From the NCBI GenBank assembly GCA_964016885.1, contig OZ024743.1, forward strand, positions 252,216,001 through 252,280,000: 64,000 nt of DNA. The letters are read 5' to 3'. Shown piece after piece: positions 1 through 11,263 of the stretch. The translations under genes were made by a program, and so were the position numbers. Below the pieces are notes generated by a model, which saw only the letters and a program-made list of their open reading frames with translations, was not told the DNA's origin and did no database searches. Position 1 is the first letter of the stretch; every line of letters starts with the position of its first letter. The DNA is from Eledone cirrhosa. Its lineage: Eukaryota.

Positions 1-165
1 AGATACCAGGTGGACCATAATGTACCAAAGTACTAGATACTAGGGGTAGTAAAGTGGGTAATATGAACAGATTCAGGATTCCAACGGCTGAGCTCCGGCC
101 ATTTCGACAGCTAGATCCAGATCTAGCTGTCGAAACGGCCGTCAGGGATCTGAATCTTTTCATAT
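1..165. mobile_element. Family A short Penelope-like (pLTR-derived) element with fold-back palindrome containing the 3' half of a hammerhead ribozyme
   Basis: Hairpin 61-165 centred on GACAGCTAGATC-ca-GATCTAGCTGTC, followed by GAAAC-GGCC-GTC-AGGG. Ends in (TA)n. Homologous copies at 851-973, 1063-1222, 1461-1637 and 31833-31945. Confidence 0.6.
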
Positions 166-269
166 GTATATATATATATATATATTTATATATAGTGCAA
201 ATTTATACGGGAACAAAACAGAGAGGCAGACAAATAAAGGTTTATTAGGTTCATACTGTTGTGTGTTCA

Positions 270-425
270 ACACAGATTGTGTGATGAAACAGCTTTGACA
301 ATATATAAACAACCATCTGGTTATTGAACCAAACAACGAGCTGGAAATTTATAATAAATTGAAGTGAAAACAAGGAGGTGCGTGTGTTTTTATTAGCAGC
401 ATTACCCTCCCAAAGTATAACAATA
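270..425 (+). mobile_element. Family C Penelope-like pLTR fragment, 5'-truncated within HHR stem II
   Basis: cacagattgtgtgat-GAAA-CAGCTT-TGAC, then the same tail as 612-770 (…ccctcccaaagtataacaata), ending in (TA)n. Confidence 0.6.
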
Positions 426-443
426 TACATATATATATATATA

Positions 444-826
444 TATTGTTATGCTTTGGGAGGGTCATGTTGCCAATAAGAAACACACGCACCAGTTGCT
501 TTCACTTCAATTTATTATAAAGATGACAGAACAAAGGAGAGGCACAAAAACAAAGAAAAGAATCCCCAGTCACTGAAGAGGTCACAGAATGTGTGACGAA
601 AGAACTTTGACAATATATGAACAATCGTCTGGTTGTGGAACCAACCAACCAACCGGAAATTTATAAATTCTTAAATTTATAAATTTAATCTTTATAATAA
701 ATTGAAGTGAAAGCAAATGGTGCATGTGTTTCTTATTGGCAACATGACCCTCCCAAAGCATAACGATATCAGTTTCAACACACGTTTTCAGATAAAGAAT
801 CTTACTTAATAAATTCAGAAACGAAA
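444..826 (+). mobile_element. Family C Penelope-like element: pLTR with an inverted partial pLTR at its 5' side
   Basis: 444-521 is the reverse complement of about 689-770. HHR at 569-611. (TA)n on both flanks. Confidence 0.65.
569..611 (+). ncRNA. Minimal type I hammerhead ribozyme motif (family C), core intact
   Basis: gtca-CTGAAGA-g-GTCACA-gaatg-TGTGAC-GAAA-G-aa-C-T-T^-tgac. Stem I gtca/tgac, 6-bp stem II, very short stem III, CUU cleavage triplet. Confidence 0.75.
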
Positions 827-850
827 TATATATATATATATATATATCTA

Positions 851-973
851 CATATGAAAAGATTCAGGACCCCGATGGCCGTTTCAACAGCTAGATCTGG
901 ATCTAGCTGTCGAAATGGCCGGAATTCAGCCATCGGAATCCTGAATCTTTTCGTATTACCCACTCTACAACCC
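851..973. mobile_element. Family A fold-back element, inverted relative to the copy at 43-165
   Basis: Reverse complement aligns to 43-165 with few differences; same central GACAGCTAGATC hairpin. Confidence 0.65.
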
Positions 974-1027
974 CAAAGTATAACAAAGTATAACAATATT
1001 TCTTGCAAAACAAATTCAAAAACGAAG

Positions 1028-1059
<32 letters not shown>

Positions 1060-1062
1060 TAT

Positions 1063-1217
1063 AACGAAGGAAATGTGGTAAGGAACCAGGTGGACCATAA
1101 CGCACCAAAGTACTCAATACTTAGGGTAGTAGAGTGAGTAATAGGAACAAGTAAGACCCCGACGGCAGAATTAGCCGTCGAAACGGCTTGAGCTCAGCCG
1201 TCGGGGTCTTACTTGTT

Positions 1218-1222
<5 letters not shown>
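1063..1222. mobile_element. Family A fold-back element
   Basis: Perfect 26-bp inverted repeat 1141-1166/1197-1222 enclosing GAAACGGC-ttgagctca-GCCGTC. (TA)n flanks. Confidence 0.65.
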
Positions 1223-1275
<53 letters not shown>

Positions 1276-1460
1276 AAACCTTTTAAATACATTACTCCAT
1301 TCCCTGCACCAACCATTGGAAACCACATCTACAATGGGGGAAGTACATAACATGGAGTGCTTTATTAATTCAGTGCATCATGATTTGCCTACCAGAACCA
1401 CCAGTTCTACACTTAGCCTATCAAAATAACTTAAATGGTATATTATATATATATATATAT

Positions 1461-1637
1461 AACGAAGGAGGTGTGGTAAGTAACCAGATGGACCATAACA
1501 CACCAGAGTACTCAATACTTAGAGTAGTAGAGTGGGTAATAGGAAAATGTTTAACCCCAATGGCAGAGCTCAAGCCGTTTCAGAAATAGCTGTCGAAACG
1601 ACTTGAGCTCTGCCGTCGGGGTTAAACATTTTCCTAT
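1461..1637. mobile_element. Family A fold-back element
   Basis: Near-perfect palindrome 1539-1637, and the same upstream segment (ggaccataac…gtagtagagtgggtaata) as the other copies. Confidence 0.65.
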
Positions 1638-1775
1638 ATATATCATCATCATCATTTTACATCCGCTTTTCCCTGCTTCCAAGGGTGGGACGGAAACTGA
1701 TTCTGGCTTGATTTCTACAGCTGGATGCCCTTCCTAACACCAACTTCATTTACAGTGAGTGGTGGGTGCGTATAT

Positions 1776-1821
<46 letters not shown>

Positions 1822-1882
1822 CCGTCCAAACCCATGCAAGCGTGGAAGATGGACGTTAAACGATGATGATGATGATGATGAT
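1822..1882 (+). mobile_element. Extremely 5'-truncated RTE 3' end with (GAT)n tail in a (TA)n array
   Basis: ccgtccaaacccatgcaagcgtggaagatggacgttaaacgatgatgat matches the reverse complement of the RTE terminus at about 23727-23780. Similar stubs at about 12120-12168 and 14618-14668. Confidence 0.8.
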
Positions 1883-1933
1883 ATATATATACAATATATT
1901 AACAAATGGAAACTATATTTATAAAACCATATT

Positions 1934-1999
1934 TATTTTATTATACATATTTCAAGGGCCACCAAGGCATATTATGGTGCGCTTTCATCAGATAAAATA
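1934..1999 (-). ncRNA. Type I hammerhead ribozyme motif (family D), core intact
   Basis: Minus strand: tattttat-CTGATGA-AAGCGCACCA-taatatgcct-TGGTGGCCCTT-GAAA-TATGTA-TA^-ataaaata, with a perfect 8-bp stem I. Lies in a repeat (about 1890-2040) homologous to about 45860-46020. Confidence 0.7.
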
Positions 2000-2145
2000 C
2001 AATACAGAGTTAGTTTTATAAATAAATATTGGCATACCCTCAAAAAAAAAAATATATATATATATATATATAAAATTAAGGTGTCAACTTATACATAAGG
2101 TCACCTAGTATCCAAGTATATACAGTATATATGTGTATATATATA

Positions 2146-2205
<60 letters not shown>

Positions 2206-2247
2206 CACACACACATATATATATATGTATATATATGCATATACACT

Positions 2248-3212
2248 GTATATACTTGGATACTAGTTTACCTTATGTATAAGTCGACCCCTTAATTTTG
2301 GCCAAAAAGCTGGAATTTTCCATAGACCTCATATAAAAATTGACCCTAGTACTTCAAGGATAACAGGTGAATATTATATACAAGTGGAACCTGTTTCTTC
2401 TACAACATCTACAACGGTACACGATGGGGCCCACCCACAGCCCCAGCGGACAGAATGGTGAAGGCGTTTCCCCGGGGGACGGTGACGGAGACGCGCTGGA
2501 AGAGCCACTCCAACTCGTGGGGCTCACACCTGCGGCTGGCCAGTGGTTCAAGGTATAATCCTGTACACAGAAATAATGCTGTTATAAAACCCTCATGAAT
2601 TTAGGGTCAATTTATATTATTACAATTATATGTCTGAAACACAAATTTACCCAAACCTGGATGCTACACTACCATTACTAATGTGTATACAACTTTTATA
2701 TTTTCCTTATTTCCAAACAAAATAAACACATGTGTTAGCATTAGTCTCATTGTTTCTGTACATGGTGTGAAACGTGTTTCCCAAACAGTGCTGATGTGGA
2801 ACACTAGCAAATGCTACTGTCTGATTTCATACAATGGCATACCTGTAGATATATTACCCCTCGTAATATACAGTAATTATGTGATATATATTGATTGCAT
2901 TAAGCTAGTCTGTTAAGTGTGATGGATAGGAGTAAAAGAGCAAAAGTAAATATATATAAGAGCTATGCAACTTTGTTTATAGATTTGTTCTTTACGTGTG
3001 TTTTGATGCATAGAATCGGTAATATTATTGAAATTGATTGTGTTTTTATTTTTATTCGTTTAGAGGTAAATTGAGCTTCTACTAATACGGGACTTTGGAT
3101 TCTAGCTTGAATTTCAAGACCTTCAAAAGTAGTGTTCATGTGATAGTTGATCACATAAATTTAACCTTAAATACTAGTCTAAAAAATTTGACTTTTACTC
3201 GAGTGTATACAG
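2248..3212. mobile_element. Non-autonomous Tc1/mariner-superfamily (pogo/Tc2-like) DNA transposon
   Basis: Imperfect TIRs CTGTATATACTTGGA… / …TACTCGAGTGTATACAG with TA on the right flank. A second inverted copy of the left end lies at 2075-2126. Confidence 0.5.
2409..2548 (-). mobile_element. C-terminus of a CRE-like (restriction-like endonuclease) non-LTR retrotransposon, nested in the DNA transposon
   Basis: Manual minus-strand translation LASRRCEPHELEWLFQRVSVTVPRGNAFTILSA matches the QRxSxAxxRGNA C-terminal motif. Homologous to 4120-4310 and 28310-28530. Confidence 0.7.
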
Positions 3213-3479
3213 TATGTATATATGTGTGTGTGTCATCATCATTGTTTTTACATCCAATTTTCCATGCTGGTGTTGGTTGAAGATGATGTTTTCGGACAAT
3301 GTTTTACAGCTGGATCCTCTTCTTGATTCCAACCATTATAATTGTCTCTTACAGCACATAGGGATATGGTATACATCTCTCTCTTTCTCTCTCTCTCTCA
3401 CTAGAAGTTCACTGTGCGGGCTTATTTCAATGACAATCTGTGAGGGAGATGGATCGGGCGTGCTGGTGATGAATACAAC

Positions 3480-3878
3480 GTGCTGTTGAAATGGCTGCAT
3501 TCACTTGACCTGACACCCTGCGAATTTTTGCTCTGGGGCTATGTGAAGGGCCTGGTCTATGTCCCCCCTCTTCCTGCAAACCTAGAGGAACTCAAGCAGA
3601 GAATCACTACCGCACTGGAGACTGTTACCCAAGACATGCTGCAGCGTGTTTGGGAGGAGCTGGACTACCGACTTGAAGTGTGCCATGTCTCAGGCGGTGC
3701 GCATATTGAACATTTGTGAAATCGTTCATGGAATCCACATACCTTTGAATTTCTCATTCAAATTTGGAGGAATAAATCTTATGTTGCTCAACATTAAGCC
3801 TGTTTAGTTTCATTTGCTTTGACTTTGTCGTTTCTATGATATTTACATCTCAAATGATATCAAATGTTTTGAAACACC

Positions 3879-3881
<3 letters not shown>
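3480..3881 (+). mobile_element. Tc1/mariner transposase C-terminal fragment with right TIR
   Basis: WLHSLDLTPCEFLLWGYVKGLVY…LEELKQRI…GGAHIEHL (SPDLxPxDFFLWG-type motif). Ends ttttgaaacaccctg+TA. Confidence 0.85.
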
Positions 3882-3921
<40 letters not shown>

Positions 3922-3962
3922 AGATAGGAGAAATAGGAGAAAGTGAAAATTGAGAGAGACAA

Positions 3963-4025
<63 letters not shown>

Positions 4026-4119
4026 GTGTAAAAGATTGTATGATCAAAGCATGAGAAAAGCACAAAGAAACAAAAATACCCATCACTTCACCACCATGTG
4101 CAACAATCAGCTGCTTACC

Positions 4120-4310
4120 ACAAGGGACATTTTTGAGGCAAGCCAACATGCTTCCATCATTACCATGGCTGATGGCAAGGCTAAGGTGCTGAAACAACCA
4201 GGCACCCACATGGGCATCACCTGACACCTCGGTAAGGTGAGCCACTAATGATGACAAGAAATTTGTTGTCCGTGGCCCAGCTCCAACCAATTTCATGAAC
4301 ACCACAGCCT
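4120..4310 (-). mobile_element. CRE-like RLE retrotransposon C-terminal fragment
   Basis: GAGPRTTNFLSSLVAHLTEVSGDAHVGAWLFQHLSLAISHGNDGSMLA in ORF 3850..4305. Confidence 0.65.
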
Positions 4311-5201
4311 GGAAAATATAGTTATTTGATAGTTCCCAGTATTCTAACTACTTTAATTTTGACATCTTAAGGAGGAGATGCAGCAAAATTAATTTTGACA
4401 TCTTAATTCTTAATATCAACTTTTAAAATAAATATGTATATATATATATATATATACATATACACACACATGTATATATACTCACAAACATACACACCCA
4501 TCAACACATACAGAATCACGCACATACATACTCATAAACACCTGCACACATATACATGTATATTCACACATATGCACATATAGACCTCTATACATCTTTA
4601 CCTTATCATACATGTAATAATATATAAACTATACACATGTTTCAGATTTATCTGACCTACTGTTGAGATATAGTAATCTATTTGAAATTAATACAGTCTA
4701 ACATTTTTTTATTTATTAAATAGGTAAGTACTATAAGTGTTGGGTATATTCTCTCTGTATTAAGAGTTGATTAGTAAGAATAGACTTATTCAGTGTATTG
4801 TATAATCCCATGTTCTCACACAATGTAATTTAACACCTATGCTATTACCCTATTTAATATAGTATGCTTGCTCTTACCCGACATCATCTCAAATAACTTA
4901 ATCATATTTACGTTAACCCTTTTCATAGCAAACCAGCTGAAACTATCCTCGGTTCTACAATATAAAAGCTTTTATCTTAAATTATTATATTTATCTACAA
5001 AGCTTCCCTCATAATTTTATATAAGGTCTTTCATTACATTATATTCCAAAGACATAAATAATGAAAAAGTTATTTATATTTACGAAATACCTCTAAATTC
5101 TTCATTATCAAACTGATTGGTTGGTAAAATTGCAGATATGGCCAGTACTTATTATCTGCCAATTTATATGTTCAACACAAGTATAAGTATATCTACACAC
5201 A

Positions 5202-5247
<46 letters not shown>

Positions 5248-5639
5248 TGCACCCGAACACACATACATACATATATGGGATGAAATTAAAGTATCCATTT
5301 TATATTGGCTAATTTGCGTTTGTGTAAAGTAGATAACAAAAAGTGGAAGAGGCAGCTTACCAGTTATTTTACTCTACATCGTCGATAAAGTTGTGTAACA
5401 TAAATATCTTGATGATATGAGATGCATCATTGAATAGAGTACATAGGTTTCAAAGAGTATTCCATGGAGTAATTTAATATGAATAGAGTACTAGGAAAAA
5501 CTAGGCAAGATTTGTTGAAATTTGAAGAAACATTTACTACACAATAGGGTCTCTAACATGCGTTTCAATGTAATTATGCAATCATCTACAAAAGATGAAT
5601 TATTTCATATTTCGTAATCTACTATCTCGCACTGTGTAT

Positions 5640-6410
5640 TTTAAATCTGCACTTCATGTCTCAGTCCTTGGATCACTGGCCTCACATACCAGAATTGAAC
5701 AGAGTCTGATTTTCTGTGTTGGGTTCAGTTTCCCTCATGGACTCAAATCTCCACCCCAATTTCCTTTTTCTTGCACACATATGTGCGTGCTTCCCTTTCA
5801 ACTCCTAGCCACTGTCACCCCACCATCATCCACTGTTACATACGTTCACCCCTAGGTTCCTATGGCTCCGTTATAGTAAGAAAAACACACTCTTACAGCT
5901 TATACAGACCAACAACCAACATACACAAACACCTCTTCACTTACATTCAGAGCTCTGTACAGACAAACAAGTAACACACATATACACATACACACACACA
6001 TATGCTCAGAGCATCGTTCTTACAAACACACACCCTCATTCACATGCACACACACATATACATGCTCTATAGAGAAAACAATATTTTTCCTATTCAGCTA
6101 GATGCATTTAATCACTGCCTTTTAAAATGAGATAATCTTATACAACAATGTTCACATCAACAGTTTATCAAGAGATGGTGACATGAATAGACCTGATTTT
6201 TCTCAAGAAATTGTTTTCGTTTCTGCCACTGCCCAGTTTCCTCTATATTTATATTTCTTCTTTAACTTCTCATTCTATTCCGATGAAGGACTAGCGTCCA
6301 AAACGTCCAGACTTTTTCCTACTATATCAAGCGTAAGAATAATAATATATTACTTCATTATACTGTGTCATTTGTTTCGTTATTTCTGTTTTCCTTTTGC
6401 TTATATATAT
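5640..6410 (+). mobile_element. Family B Penelope-like element 3' end: GIY-YIG C-terminus, UTR and degenerate HHR
   Basis: RIEQSLIFCVGFSFPHGL(K) resembles the PLE C-terminal ExxxIFxLGTxxPxGLN motif. Degenerate HHR at about 6280-6308 (cCGATGA-A-GGAC-tagc-GTCC-AAAAC-GTC). Ends in (TA)n. Confidence 0.55.
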
Positions 6411-6413
6411 GTA

Positions 6414-6494
<81 letters not shown>

Positions 6495-6562
6495 TTGTAT
6501 CTCGGGTTCAACCAAGGGTAACCACAGTAAGTAAGGCACCCAATGCATAGTAGAGTATATAC

Positions 6563-6695
6563 AATATTTAATATAGAAATGGCTTCTACAGGATTAGAAC
6601 TGTTTCATTCGAAGGAAATCAGCAGGAAAGCCCTGATGATTTCCTTTGAATGAAGCAGTTCTAATCCTGTAGAAGCCATTTCTATAATAAATATT
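6563..6695. repeat. About 130-bp fold-back hairpin whose arms are HHR-like
   Basis: Arms 6572-6626 and 6632-6686 are near-perfect reverse complements. Arm consensus CTGATGA-tttccttcgaat-GAAA-CAG…CTG-TA. Confidence 0.7.
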
Positions 6696-6759
6696 ATATG
6701 TATATATAGATGTGTGTGTGTGTCTGTGTGCATGTGTGTGTGTGAGTCTGTGTGTATTG

Positions 6760-7942
6760 AGTTAAGTAATGCCATATCATCTGCAAATTCCAGTTGACTG
6801 ATCTTACATCTGCCAATTGTGATATCACTTTCAACCTGGCTGTGCATGTCAATCCTGTTCATGAAAATAATGAACAGGAGAGATGAGAGTATGCACCCTT
6901 GGTGGAGTCTGACTCCCACATTGAAAGGTTTAGATTTAGCACCATTTATCTGAACACAAATATTTGGGCATTCATATAAAGACATTAAGGCAACAAGAAG
7001 CTGACCATCAATCCCGTACACCTGCAGAACCCCCTTTCACAGCAGGTGTCGTGGAATGCAGTCATATGCCTTTTCAAGGTCTACAAATGAAGAATACACC
7101 TCATTGCAGTACACCCAGGATTTTGCAAGGATATGCCACAGTGTGAATATTTGGTTGGCTGTGCTGAGTCCAAGATGAAAAATGACACTCTTCATTAGTT
7201 CTCCAACTTGCACTTGATAGGTTTGATGCCAAGTGCTGCAAAGCTGGAATGAAAATCAGTGCTGCAAAAACTGAGACAGTCGTCCTCTCAAGGAAGTCTG
7301 CACAGTGCACTGTACAAGTGAATGGAGTTCTACTGAAGCAGGTGGAGAAGTTCAAGTATCTTGGGGGCCTGTTCACAACTGATGGGAGGCAGGAGGCTGA
7401 ATTAAGTGCAATTTCAGCATTCAGTAATTAGATGTGAGGTAGGTGTAATAGCCAAATTCACTATCCTTAATTCGGTATTCGTACTAACCATCCCCTATAG
7501 TCATGAATCTTGAGTAATGACCGATAGAATACGATTGCAAATAGAAGTGGCTGAAATGAGGTTCCTCCAAAGTGGTTTTGGAGCAACATTTCTTGATAGA
7601 GTGTGTAGCTCAGAGATCAGAGAGCTGCTCCAGATAGAGTTGCTACTTCTCTGAATTAAGATATCACAGTTCTGATACTATGGGCATGTGGTTAGAATAT
7701 CTTAGGAAAGAATTGCAGGCAAAACCAACTGGCAGGAGACTCAGGGGTAGACTCTGAGCAAGGTAGCTGGATAACATCCATGAGCTTGGCTGCTCTCACT
7801 TGGAGAAATGTTTAATTTTATCAGGGCACACTGGAAGGAGTGTTTGAGGACTCTGCCCCCATGACCCTCTTAGGAATAAGTGGGAAAAGAAGAAGAAGAA
7901 GAAGAAGAAGAAGAAGAAGAAGAAGAAGAAGAAGAAGAAGAA
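6760..7942 (+). mobile_element. RTE-clade LINE with 5' inversion and (AAG)n tail
   Basis: Minus-strand 6760-7135 encodes FVDLEKAYD…LHQGCILS…FADDMALL. Plus-strand from about 7195 continues LQLALDRF…KISAAKTE…FKYLG through to the (AAG)n tail at about 7886-7942. Confidence 0.8.
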
Positions 7943-8406
7943 GGATGCATGTATGTAGAGCAGAAAATGCTCACAGTTATATAACATAAGATGAAATAAG
8001 AGCTGCATCTTTACCTCATCAACCCATTGCTGACATGCAATTTCACACATTAATTTGGGATTGTGCCTGTAATGTCAATTTGCACAACAGATTGCAGAAA
8101 CACTCTATTCGTAAGATGCATGTGAGATAATAACAAAACACACACACAAACATGTATATATACATACACACACACACACATATATATATTTGTATGTGTG
8201 TGTGTGTATTATATACATATGTATATATGTGTATGTATATATGGAAATATATATATGCATTTATATATGTGTATGTATGTATATATATATATGTATGCAT
8301 GCATACATATTTACATATTTATATGTTTGTATATATATATATATATATTCATATTGATTTTGTTTTAAAGATGGATGGATGAAGAGATATTCACACACAA
8401 ACACAG

Positions 8407-8488
<82 letters not shown>

Positions 8489-9118
8489 ATCCTCATCCAT
8501 CCATCTTTAGAATAAAATCGAAATGCTTTTGTTTTTTGTTTATTTTCGTTTCATGTAGCAAACTCTATCTGAAGTCTACAGCTATATGTCTCTCATCTTA
8601 TTGATTCTGTTTCCAAACTGTTAGTCAAATTTCTGTTTAATTTTATCAAGACTCTTTAATCAGAGATGACTCTCTTTCAGGCATGGGCAACGATATTTTT
8701 AAGAGAACTAAATTTCGAATAGATATAAATCTCTCCAAATTTCATTAAATAAAATCATTGTTTGTCAATTGGGAATATTCTTTAGTGAAACTAAAAGAAA
8801 TCTTCCAATTTTTTCAGGTTTGCTATTCGTTCTTCTGCATTCTTTTAATAAAGCCTGGATGTTATGTTGTTGTTAGTAGCATTATTATTTCTTAAATTTT
8901 TATTAGGTAGGGGTTGTTTCTGAAATTATATTTGTGGGTACATTATGTTTGTCTGTATCTATTATGCATTTTGAGGTGTTTGTATACATGTATGTAACTG
9001 TGTGTGTGTATTTGTCTATGTAAGCATATTAATGTATATATATATATTTACACACACATAGACACATTTACATACAACACTTTGTGTTGATATATTTGCC
9101 TATATATGTGTGTGTGTA

Positions 9119-9195
<77 letters not shown>

Positions 9196-9430
9196 TGGGG
9201 TGTTGAGGGGGTTGCTATATAATTATATTTTGTTTCACGAAATATTTCCATGGTAACCAACCAGGCAGTATATTCAAAATATTACTTGACTGATGCTCTA
9301 ACTCTATCGTTTTGGTTGAAGCTTGCTCTTCTCTCTTCAATTGTATATGTAAACACACACACACACACGCACGCACACACAACACACACACGTACATTTA
9401 AAAGATTTAGAATTTATTCGTATATAAAAT

Positions 9431-9885
9431 AATTGTTTCTACTTTAGGCACAAGGCCAGCAATTTTTTTAAGGGGAGAGGAAAGTCGATTAAATCGATCC
9501 CAGTGCATTATTGGTACTTTATTTTATCGGCCCCGTAAGGATGAAAGGCAAAGTTAACCTCAGACGGATTTGAACTCAGATCATAAAGGGGCGTCACTCT
9601 ATGCTGCAAAGCAGGGTGTTGATTCTCTACTGAAACTGCCAATCCACTGCCCTTACAGTAAATGTAATGATTCTTAATATAGGCACAAGACCAGTAATTT
9701 TGGGGTAGGGGAAAGTCGATTAAATCGACCCAGTACGTTACTGGTGCTTTTTTTTATCGACCCCGTAAGGATGAAAAGTAAAGTTAACCCTGGCAGGATT
9801 TGGACTCAGATCGTAAAGGGCTGTAACTCTATGCTGCAAAGCAGGGTGTCGATGCGCTATTGATACTGCCAATCCACTGCCCTTA
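9431..9885 (-). mobile_element. Two tandem copies of tRNA-derived SINE family 1 (Meta-like central domain)
   Basis: Reverse complement of GGCxGTGGATTGGCAGT…GAGTTCAAATCC (A/B boxes)…AACTTTGCCTTTCATCCTTACGGGGTCGATAAAATAAAGTACCAG…GTAGAAACAATT. Confidence 0.8.
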
Positions 9886-10339
9886 CAGTAAATATAATAA
9901 CAGGTGTTATTAGTTCTCTTGGAATTTGGTTAGGAATCCTGGATATTTTCTGATTCTATTCACTCTTAACTTAACTTAGTTTCATTGTTTGCTGTTATTT
10001 TCAGTTAATCCAGGTGTAGAGCCATGCAGGTGACACACTCCAGAGTCCCCTTGCCTTGCGAAAGGGAAGGAAAGAAAATGGTATCCTCAAACTAGAATTA
10101 TTGCCTGAATGCTTGGGAGAGATTGGGCTCTGGTAAAAGTGCCCAAGGGCCAGGTGGTGCAGTTTGGTCTTTGATAAAAGTACCCAAGGGCCATGTGGTA
10201 CAGATTGAGTTGTTGTAAGTCAGATGGGGAAGATTGGATTGTTGTAAAAGTTCCCAAGGGCCAGGTGGTGGCAATATTAAACTGGGTGCTAGAGTAAATC
10301 TACTTCCATCAAGTAGGCCACAGCTAGATTTTAATTCAG

Positions 10340-10645
10340 AATACAAAGAGTCAGTAAAAATCAGCTGCTATTTCAGCATGGATGAACTGAGAGAAAAAGT
10401 GGGAAAGAAATTTGTGCTGGTTTGGATATGTGATGCATATGCATATGGATGAAGAAGTATGAAGGTGATGCCAGTGGAATGAAACTAGTAGAGGAAGACC
10501 GAGAAAGACCTAAGAAGAGCTTGTTAAAGCTAATCTCTAAAGGCTGAAATTTACAGATGGGATGACAAAGGAATGCTATGAGTGGAGAATGACTGTATTG
10601 GAAAAGATCTGTTCAACCCATTGGATATAAAATAATGATGATGAT
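10340..10645 (+). mobile_element. Degraded RTE 3' end
   Basis: SMDELREKVG…WFGYV…RGRPRKT-like residues across frames, followed by ttcaaccca…gatgatgat tail. Confidence 0.55.
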
Positions 10646-11175
10646 TCCATCTGATGCTATAACTATTTCAGCAGTCCATCACTGATACTTTATTGATTGA
10701 CCATAAAAAGGTGAGTTGCACAGTTGATCTCGTTGGAATTTGAACTCAGAATGCAAGGAACCTGATAAACACCACAAAGCATTTTGTTTGACACCTTAAT
10801 GGCTCTTCAAATGTTTTATTGGATTTTTCTTTGAATAGTCTTTTTACCTGTTCTGTAATTTATTTTGTATTGGAATTAGAGACTTGTTGCTTATTAAGGT
10901 TCTTTGCAAAAGAAAGAAGTCTTGCTGAAAATATATTCTCTCATTAGTTAAATGAAATATAACAGGTTTTTTTTCACCTGAATATATAATTTTATTTTAT
11001 TTCATTTACAATATTTGCTCTCTTAATATATGCCGACAGAACTGTTTCAACATAATTGTGTCTCATCAGTTTAAACTAATTAGAGCTGCATTAATTATGT
11101 TATAAATTGTAAGAATTGAAAAAGAGAAAAAGTGAAAATTGATATACATCTCTCTCTCTCTCTCTCTCTGCCCCC

Positions 11176-11263
<88 letters not shown>

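Noticed and set aside
2367-2558. CpG-rich host exon (plus-strand ORF)
   Set aside because: A different, minus-strand frame gives a CRE-like retrotransposon C-terminus.
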